From positions 1-6,281 of the forward strand of contig JBJCIZ010000618.1 of NCBI GenBank assembly GCA_051294375.1: a stretch of 6,281 bases of DNA, in the 5' to 3' direction. The position numbers and the translations under genes were made by a program. This DNA is from Paraspadella gotoi. Taxonomy: Eukaryota; Animalia; Chaetognatha. Position 1 is the stretch's first letter. Each line of letters opens with the position of its first letter. This document shows, one piece after another, positions 1 to 6,281 of the stretch. Under the pieces are notes generated by a model that was not told the DNA's origin, did no database searches, and saw nothing but the letters and a program-made list of their open reading frames with translations.

Positions 1-39
1 ACTGTTAATAAAAGAGAGCAGCTTCAGAACGGTCGGCTC

Positions 40-325
40 TCGCTCGTCACTCGGTCTCCCTCGTCCTCTCTCTCTTTAACATCAACCGCGTCTCCTCAGA
101 TGGTTATTTTTATCGAATACAAAAAAAACATGATTACACTTGTTGTTATTACCAGAAACGCGTGTTATTGATGTAGGAGAGAACGATTCGTATTATTGAC
201 TCTGATCTCCTATCTAAAACGATATTTATTATCGCCATTTATTGTCACGACGCGACTATCTACCCTCAGAACAAAGAGCACGCGAGGCCAGAGACTGTTT
301 ACATCTGAGATTTTCGTCGGATCTT
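40..325 (+). repeat. Degenerate partial direct copy of the unit B core
   Basis: TTTATTATCGCCATTTATT 225-243 = 4931-4949 (19/19). TTTACATCTGAGATTTTCGT 298-317 vs 4981-5000 (19/20). It is preceded by a CT-rich tract, as in B. The left boundary is uncertain. Confidence 0.85.
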
Positions 326-614
326 TTTTGAACGAAAGAAGCTGAGAACTCACGACTACAGCGAATCACACCACTGAGGATTCTCGTGGAGGCCGTTACG
401 CACTGGGGCCACACGCGGCACTTAAACAATGTCGAGGAACGACCTATATAACTAAACTGTTCGCGTAATATACGTTACTTCTTCTCCTTATAAAAAACAA
501 ACCACTCTGACCGAAGAATAACAAGATCCGGATATAACAGAAGTGACCTAATATTAGCAGTATTAACGATTTGAGCGGAGAACAACTTATATATACAAAC
601 ATAACTACACTCAG

Positions 615-753
615 TTCCGTCTCTTCTCCCTCCATCCCTTCTCTGTTATCTCCTCTCTCTCTCTCTCTTCGTCGTTCTGTCCGAGTTCCCTCTCCTCTCC
701 TCTCGACTCCTCCTCTCTCTCTCTTCACCTCTCTCGCTCTCTTCTTTTTTTTT
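615..753 (+). repeat. CT-rich low-complexity tract including (CT)8 at 653-668
   Basis: Directly visible. It may be another degraded copy of the B microsatellite (TCAGTTCCGTCTCTTCT at 611-627 resembles TCAGTTGCTGCCTCTTCT at 4690-4707). Confidence 0.8.
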
Positions 754-904
754 AACAAAAAAAACATTTATCTTCCCACTTGTAACAGGCTCATGCTCTG
801 CACGTAAAACCCACGCCGCAGTGTCTTCCGGCTCTCCTCAAAGAAAAAATATTCCTCCCTCATCATCCACCTCTCCACTCTTTCTCATTCTCTTCTCTCT
901 CTCT

Positions 905-1466
905 TGGAGATCGTACTCTAAAGTCTTGTTGGTACAATCAGACATCTTCAATCTCTCTCTCGCAGCGGATTTGTCACTCGCGACACTCTTTTTCTTGGTA
1001 CTTTATAGAGAGAGAATTTTTAGCTCAGCTATGTTACCTCCGTACCACTGGCGCGACGAGTAGACGGTTCTCGGCTTTGCCTTTCTTGCGCTCACTCTGT
1101 GTCTCCCTCTCTCCCATTTTTTTCTCATACATGACAAAACAAATTTTTCATGCTCTCCTCCCCTCACACTGCTTGTCCTCTTCCTTTCTTCTTGAGACCT
1201 TGTCATCTATCCTCTGCTTTGTCAGCCTCTCATCCTCTGCTTTTGTCTCTCTCTTAAGCCCTTCATTTCTCTCTCTCTCTCTCTCTACTTGTCTCTCTCT
1301 CTCATGAAGATATCGACCGTCTCCTCCGTTTTTGCACAAAATTCTTTAGTTAATCCTTTTTAACACTTCTCTAATCAACTTCTCATATCATCGCGCATTC
1401 TATTGTTTTTTTCCTTCTAATTTTCTAAACATCCACCTCAATTTAACATACAAGAGTTCATATGGA
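905..1466 (+). repeat. Highly degenerate direct copy of the unit B 5' half
   Basis: Short collinear anchors only: GTACAA (932-937) and CAGCGG (963-968) vs GTACAA...CAGCGG at 4745-4764, a long CT-rich tract, then CGTTTTTG...AAAATT...ATCGCGCATT...AATTTAACAT (1327-1449) vs CGTTTTTTGAAAAATT...ATCGCCATT...AATTTACAT (4888-4987). Confidence 0.5.
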
Positions 1467-2049
1467 GAGACCATTCCTTTGTAGAAAAAGATAATAGTCG
1501 CTTGAAAATATAAACTTACTCATGCACGGCAATGTCACATGTAACATCGAGCCTGGCTGCTTACATATACAGCCTGCTATATGTCCGGCAATTGCGGGAT
1601 TAATTTAATTACGCATATATACTTACTTCTCTAAACAAAAAAAATCTCTCTTCTTGGTTTTTCGTTTCTTAACTTCTCGTCACATTTGCGCACCGCGCGG
1701 TTCCCTCTACCATCTTGCAATTAGTATCTAAAATAGAGTTGAGAAGAGAGATACTTCGTCCCAAATATAAAACATTTATCTTCTCTTTTTGTTCATCTCC
1801 TATCATAATTTCTTACAATCTTAAATCTTGTAAATTTTTTTAGTCGTATCTATATTTAACTCACTTCTATTCTCTTCGTCTTCTCACAAAAATAAATTTT
1901 TGAGTTGGGATAATATCAAATAAATATTAAAATTCACCGCTTAAAATATGCTCACTACATCAATGAAATTCTGTACTCGGCTGGTTTTCTTCAAACAACA
2001 CGTAACATCTAAATACTCTTTCATCTTCAACGATCACACGGATATCAAG

Positions 2050-2590
2050 CGCAGTTCGTCCCTCACTCAAGCCATACGTCAGAACCGGACTTTCTTCCTC
2101 GTCAAAAAACGAGTCTATAGCTCAGACAGGGCTGGCATGGCTCTGATTATCATTTCTTTATACTCAATCGTTAGATTGTTGATAATATGCGTGTTATCCA
2201 GATTCACATCTCTCAACTCTTTCTCTACACTCTAGTTCACTCTCTCTCTCTCTCTCTCTCTTTCAATTCATACACGCATTGAGATTTGGTTTATACTATA
2301 CAATTGAATGACTACATTCTGCGGCGAATTGAAATGAAATATCATCGGCGCGATCATTGAATAGATACATCAAGAATGATTAACCCTATCATCACATCAT
2401 GGACATGACTATCATCGGCATCATCATTTGATTATCAATCACATGTCAGTTATTTTATCCTAATCATTCGCATCAAAAATTATTGGTTATATCGATTCCC
2501 ATATTTGGTTATCAATCAAAGCATCAAATATTGGTTATCATCAACAGTAGGCTTCGAATTCTTATGCTTTTAAGAATTTTTTTTTTTATA
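2050..2590 (+). repeat. Degenerate direct copy of unit B, including the minisatellite and 3' end
   Basis: AAAAACGAGT 2105-2114 = 4717-4726. TCATACACGCATT 2268-2280 = 5081-5093. Degraded TTGGTTATCATC/GCATCA units lie at ~2300-2542. The 3' end GTAGGC...CTTTTAAGAATTTT (~2547-2580) matches GTAGGC...CTTTTAAGATTTT (5376-5405). Confidence 0.85.
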
Positions 2591-2795
2591 TAAAACTACT
2601 AAGCTTTCAATAGGTTTGGCTGGGACAATACCGTTTTTTTATCGATTATCTTTATCTTTATAATCTTTATTGATTCGGGTTAGCTTGCTTTTGTGACGTC
2701 GTCGTCGTCCGTCGTCGGGGCGTCCACGAGCATTTTTATATAACAACACTACTACGCTTTTATAAGTTTTGGCTTGGTCCTTACCCGTTTTTATT
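2583..2795 (+). repeat. Pair of ~60-bp imperfect direct repeats (2583-2641 and 2733-2795) flanking a (GTC)n-containing segment
   Basis: TTTTTATATAAAACTACTAAGCTTTCAATAGGTTTGGCTGGGACAATACCGTTTTT vs TTTTTATATAACAACACTACTACGCTTTTATAAGTTTTGGCTTGGTCCTTACCCGTTTTT. CGTCGTCGTCGTCCGTCGTCG lies between them at 2697-2717. Confidence 0.8.
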
Positions 2796-3046
2796 TAAAT
2801 AAAAATATTAAAATTAGCAATAAAAGTTTTATAAAAGTGTGGCGCATCAAAGTAAGTTAAAAATTTAGATATGTGTCTTCTCACTGAATATAGCTCTGAA
2901 ATTTTCATATTACATTTGGATTCAAGTATTTTCTTGTTGAATTTCCACTTCATTATGAATTTTACTACAGAAGCAATGAAATTATACGGAGGTACTACAT
3001 TATATTGTGATATAAATCCTTCTTTTCGTTGTTTGGGACGATTAAG

Positions 3047-3509
3047 AGCAGTTTGAAATTTTAATTTTGACAACGATTTTTATTTTAATTTCAAAACAGA
3101 CAGTTTCGGCTTTATTTCAAGCCTTCATCAGCGTTAGTGTAACTTGGGAAAATATTTTGGTGTAAAGGAACAGAGGAAAGAGAGAAATAAACAGAGAGAG
3201 AGAGGGCCAAAGTTCAACAACACCAGCAGCTAGAGTTTAGAAAGAACAGTGGTCAGATTGGTGGGACTGGGCTTGAAGTTGAAGAAAAGACAGAGTAAGT
3301 TGTGAAAAGAAGTAAAATGGTGAAAAGAGAGAGAGAGAGAGAGAGAAAACAGTGCAAAATCTTTACAATAAAAAAAGTTTCTGATGAAATTTAGTGAAAA
3401 TTTTAACAATGTAATCTAAATTAAATAAATCCGAGTAGAAGAAAGAGGCGAGATTTGAATAACAGGAAAATATTTTTGAAAAGATAGATCTTGAGAGAAT
3501 GAGGGCTAA
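3047..3509 (+). repeat. Repeat unit A, copy A1 (left arm of a long imperfect inverted repeat)
   Basis: 3103-3128 GTTTCGGCTTTATTTCAAGCCTTCAT is the exact reverse complement of 4301-4326. 3341-3365 GAGAGAAAACAGTGCAAAATCTTTA is the exact reverse complement of 3947-3971. 3481-3498 AAGATAGATCTTGAGAGA pairs imperfectly with 3809-3828. Weaker similarity may extend left to ~2860. Confidence 0.93.
3326..3345 (+). repeat. (AG)10 microsatellite within A1
   Basis: Directly visible. Its counterpart in A2 is the CT tract at 3967-4000. Confidence 0.95.
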
Positions 3510-3715
3510 CTGTCGGCAGGCGTATCAGGCCTAGAGAGACATTCCGAAATAGCACTGTCGGCTTCTTCCTAACCATGCAATGGGAATCTTCTCCTGGTGA
3601 ACTCGTATACGCATGAAAGCCTCATCCCAACTGTCATCTCAGCCTACTGACAATGCCAATATCACTTTGGGTTTCTTCCTAACAGATCAATCGAGACCTC
3701 ATGAACGATGGTCTC
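3506..3715 (+). repeat. Imperfect ~110-120-bp tandem duplication in the inverted-repeat spacer
   Basis: AACTGTC at 3508-3514 and 3629-3635. AATAGCACTGTCGGCTTCTTCCTAAC (3548-3573) vs AATATCACTTTGGGTTTCTTCCTAAC (3658-3683). Confidence 0.75.
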
Positions 3716-3966
3716 TCTCATGATGCACCATAAGCCAATGGGGGTTCCAGCTTCATTTTGAGCTCTATCCTTTATTCTTCAATTTCACTTTAATTACTTA
3801 TTAACTCCTCTCTCAAAAATCTATCTTTCAAATTCAAATTTCCTTTTTCATTCCAATAATTATTAAGTAGATTAAATTGTTTAAATTTCCACCTAAATAA
3901 TTCATCAGTTTAAAACTTTTTCTTATTGTTATACATTACATTACATTAAAGATTTTGCACTGTTTT

Positions 3967-4000
3967 CTCTCTCTCTCTCTATCTCTCTCTCTCTCTCTCT
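3967..4000 (+). repeat. (CT)7 AT (CT)9 microsatellite within A2
   Basis: Directly visible. Confidence 0.95.
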
Positions 4001-4152
4001 TTTTCACCATTTCACTTTTTTCTCAACTTCAGCCTGTCCTCACCAATTGACCACTGTCCTTTCTAAACTCTGTGTTGAAAACTTTGCCCTCTCTGTTTAT
4101 CTCTTTTTCTCTCTTCCTTTACACAAAATATTTTCCAAGTTCACACTAATGC

Positions 4153-4298
4153 ACGGTTCCCTAGACACCCCGAAAAAGAAAATAGAAATAACCCATTTTT
4201 GAAACACAAAAAAATGAAAAATATAATGTTTTTACTACATCGTAGTGAAGTCGAAAAATTCTGATCCAAGCAAGTTTTTTTTTTAATTGAATTAATGC
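4153..4298. other. 146-bp indel in A2 bounded by a TAATGC direct repeat (candidate insertion with 6-bp target-site duplication)
   Basis: TAATGC occurs at 4147-4152 and 4293-4298. A1 has a single equivalent site: the reverse complement of 3121-3140 is ACACTAACGC|TGATGAAGGC, versus ACACTAATGC...TTATGAAGGC in A2. Confidence 0.75.
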
Positions 4299-4773
4299 TT
4301 ATGAAGGCTTGAAATAAAGCCGAAACATGTCTGTTTTGAATTAAAAAAAAATCGTTGTCAAAATTAAATTCAAACTGTCTCTCGTACTCATTATAATATC
4401 CAAATTAGTATATAGAAATGCTTTAATCTAATTTACATATTGTAGTATATAGTATATAATATTGAAGATGAAATTCATAATTTTTTTTTAAATCTTTAAT
4501 AAACATGGGAAATCAAAGGACCTTTTTAATGAGAAGCTATATCTTAATTTTAATACAAAAAAAATAAAATTTTTTACAAGTTATGATTGAAAAAAAATTG
4601 TAACAATTTCCAATTGTAAACAATTGTAACATTTTTTTCCTTTCTTTTATTTCTTTAAATTATATATATATATTTTTTTCCTATTTTTGTCAGTTGCTGC
4701 CTCTTCTGAACCCTTTAAAAACGAGTTCAGGCTCTGAGGTGATTGTACAACTGCCTTCCAGCGGCTGTCCAGC

Positions 4774-4868
4774 TTTCTTTCTTTCTCTCTCTGTCTCTGT
4801 CTGTCTCTTTCTTTCTCTTTCTGTCTCTCTCTGTCTCTCTCTCTGTCTCTGTCTCTCTCCCTCTCTCT
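4774..4868 (+). repeat. Compound pyrimidine microsatellite (CTTT/CT/CTGT)
   Basis: Directly visible: TTTCTTTCTTTCTCTCTCTGTCTCTGTCTGTCTC... Confidence 0.95.
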
Positions 4869-5008
4869 GTACGATCTCTTGCGTGATCGTTTTTTGAAAA
4901 ATTTTGATTATTTTTTTCATTTTAAAAACTTTTATTATCGCCATTTATTCTGCGCTTTTTTCTCAATGCAAAATCCCAAATTTACATCCGAGATTTTCGT
5001 GGATTTAT

Positions 5009-5040
5009 TCTCTTTCTTTCTTTCTCTTTTTCTTTCTCTT

Positions 5041-5072
<32 letters not shown>

Positions 5073-5082
5073 TTTTTCTCTC
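5009..5082 (+). repeat. Pure polypyrimidine (CT/CTTT)n microsatellite
   Basis: Continuous C/T-only tract read directly from the sequence. Confidence 0.95.
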
Positions 5083-5110
5083 ATACACGCATTTGTTTGT
5101 TTTATTTATG

Positions 5111-5371
5111 ATGAATGATTCATTGCGTCAATGAATGATTATCATCACATCAATGAATGATTATCATCCCATCAATGAATGACTATCATAGCATCAATCA
5201 CTTGGTTATTATCACATCAATCATTTGGTTATTATCACATCGATCATTTGGTTATCATCGCATCAATTATTGGTTAACATCGCATCAATTATTGGTCATC
5301 ATCGCATCAATCATTTGGTTATCATCGCATCAATCCTTTGGTTATCATCGCATCAATATTTGGTTATCATT
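5111..5371 (+). repeat. Minisatellite, 11 full units plus a partial unit, mostly 22-23 bp, consensus ~ATCATTTGGTTATCATCGCATCA
   Basis: Units start at 5111, 5131, 5153, 5175, 5197, 5220, 5243, 5266, 5288, 5310, 5333 and 5356 (partial). They are head-to-tail with no spacers, and the first unit is 20 bp. Confidence 0.96.
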
Positions 5372-6035
5372 GAAGGTAGGCGTGATCCGATTCTTTTAAG
5401 ATTTTTTTAAAAGATTCAGTTATTTACTGAAGATGAAATTGGATGACCATTCAAGAAAGGTTGTTTTACAATAAGGGGTGAACTTAGGCAAAATTTTTTT
5501 CTTAAATAGGTAATAGACAATTTTTTGGTTTACCTAGTAGTTAACTGAATAAAAGTAGGCAATTTTTAATTGAGGAAAGGAGCTTTAAAACTAAGATATA
5601 ACTGACAAACTCATGATCTAATTTGCTAAAATTTAAAAGGGAAATATTTTCTTCAATAATTTAAAACCAAATAATATTAAATTAAATTTAAAATTAATAA
5701 AATAACAAAATAGGATATTTTTCGGTATTAATTTTTAAACAAAATCTTTATCAAATATAAAACTTTAATTTGCTCAACATTGAAATTCAATTAGTTTTAG
5801 GCTTTTAGCCCAAATATTTTTAGAATATTTTTAATAAAAGACAAAATAATTTTGTAAAATAAAATTAATAGCTAAAAATATTTATTCAGATTTAACCAAG
5901 TCCATTATATAGTTGTTTTTAATTAAGATAAACATTTTTCAGAATGTTCAAAATGTCATTTTTTATTTTGAGTTAAAATCTTTGTTAATTATGAAAAAAT
6001 AGAAGGAAAACTTTTTGGACTTTTAGAGAAAAAAA

Positions 6036-6281
6036 ATTTAACAACAATGTTTTTTATTATGATTAAACATACATGTTTCGATTTAATTTGCAAGTCTTTA
6101 TCAGTGCTTATTTAGTTTTGAAAGTACATAATTTTTTGTTTCACAAGTAAACAGTGAAAGGGATGGAGGGAAAGAGAGAGAGAGAGAGAAATAAATGTTT
6201 CCAACAAAGAATTAAAAAAATGACAGTGATCAGTTTTGAGAATAGGGTAAGTTTGAGCAGAGAGAAAGAAGGTGGTGAGGA
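6036..6281 (+). repeat. Repeat unit A, diverged copy A3 (truncated by window end)
   Basis: 6065-6104 AAACATACATGTTTCGATTTAATTTGCAAGTCTTTATCAG aligns with the A2 reverse complement AAACAGACATGTTTCGGCTTTATTTCAAGCCTTCATAAG. 6222-6240 GACAGTGATCAGTTTTGAG aligns with GACAGTGGTCAATTGGTGAG (reverse complement of 4039-4058). A GA-rich tract lies between the anchors in all three copies. Confidence 0.8.

Larger units (their letters stand above)
3801..4380 (-). repeat. Repeat unit A, copy A2 (right arm of the inverted repeat, with a 146-bp extra segment)
   Basis: Collinear reverse-complement match to 3047-3509 through the anchors listed for A1. Interrupted by an extra segment at 4153-4298 and a short ACATT-repeat expansion at ~3930-3946. 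Weaker similarity may extend right to ~4550. Confidence 0.93.
4686..5420 (+). mobile_element. Unit B: putative non-autonomous Helentron (DINE-1/HINE-like) element; boundaries approximate
   Basis: The order of parts matches the DINE-1/HINE layout: T-rich left flank, 5' nested stem-loop (4691-4753), CT/CTGT microsatellite (4774-4868), unique core, central tandem array (5111-5371), 3' hairpin TCTTTTAA/TTAAAAGA (5392-5399/5407-5414), T-rich right flank. There is no coding capacity and it is multi-copy in the window. The subterminal inverted repeat is weak (CTGCCTTC 4751-4758 vs GAAGGTAG 5372-5379, 7/8). The family assignment rests on architecture only. Confidence 0.45.

Noticed and set aside
444-1339. 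Six overlapping ORFs of 63-107 aa on both strands
   Set aside because: Their S/L-rich and E/R-rich translations come from CT/GA low-complexity tracts. They show no recognisable domain and lie in probably error-rich repeat copies.
1948-3073. ORFs 1948-2235, 2795-3073 and 2871-3056
   Set aside because: No recognisable protein motif. They overlap degenerate repeat copies whose cleaner counterparts differ by many indels, so the frames are not conserved.
3693-3715. GAGACC-N11-GGTCTC, outward-facing BsaI sites resembling a Golden Gate cassette
   Set aside because: A 6-bp inverted pair can easily arise by chance, and there is no vector sequence around it.
3663-3756. Minus-strand CAAAATG start (MKLEPPLAYGAS*) and MRETIVHEV..., faintly like the beta-tubulin N-terminus MREIVH
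   Set aside because: Both frames stop within 20 codons and the tubulin QAGQCGNQ motif is absent.
3510-3800. Missed PacBio SMRTbell adapter as the cause of the inverted repeat
   Set aside because: No recognisable adapter sequence lies at the centre, the spacer is ~290 bp, and the arms differ by a precise 146-bp indel. Loosely adapter-like ATCTCTCTC/GAGAGAT pieces at ~951-1017 and ~1644-1752 are explained by the CT/GA background and do not flip the orientation of the flanking copies.
4595-4631. AATTGTAA(C/A) short repeats and the palindrome AAATTGT-A-ACAATTT
   Set aside because: Short and very AT-rich, consistent with local slippage. No function can be supported.
5111-5371. Possible CRISPR array
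   Set aside because: Units are directly head-to-tail with no unique spacers, and no cas genes are present.
4690-5410. ORFs over unit B (ER-repeat, SL-repeat and IIASIIWLSSHQ-repeat peptides)
   Set aside because: These are read-throughs of the microsatellite and minisatellite. Unit lengths of 22-23 bp are not multiples of 3, which argues against a coding repeat.
5392-5431. Hairpins as rho-independent terminators
   Set aside because: The stems are AT-rich, there is no upstream gene, and the context appears eukaryotic. They are better treated as the 3' structure of unit B.

Overview
Non-coding, AT-rich, microsatellite-laden DNA that looks eukaryotic (inference from composition). I found no credible protein-coding gene, RNA gene or CRISPR array, and no new biological system that I can support. 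Most supplied ORFs are read-throughs of (CT/GA)n tracts, the minisatellite or AT-rich noise. The window is built almost entirely from two repeat units. Unit A occurs three times: A1 on + (~3047-3509), A2 inverted (~3801-4380) and A3 on + (~6036 to the window end). A1 and A2 form a long imperfect inverted repeat around a ~290-bp spacer, and only A2 carries a 146-bp extra segment bounded by TAATGC direct repeats. Unit B (~4686-5420) has a 5' stem-loop, a CT/GTCT microsatellite, a 22-23-bp minisatellite array and a 3' hairpin, resembling a non-autonomous Helentron (DINE-1/HINE-like) element. Positions 1-2590 hold at least three same-orientation, insertion-riddled partial copies of B. That pattern suggests uncorrected long-read sequence in the left half, so structure there needs read-level confirmation. 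All alignments were done by eye.
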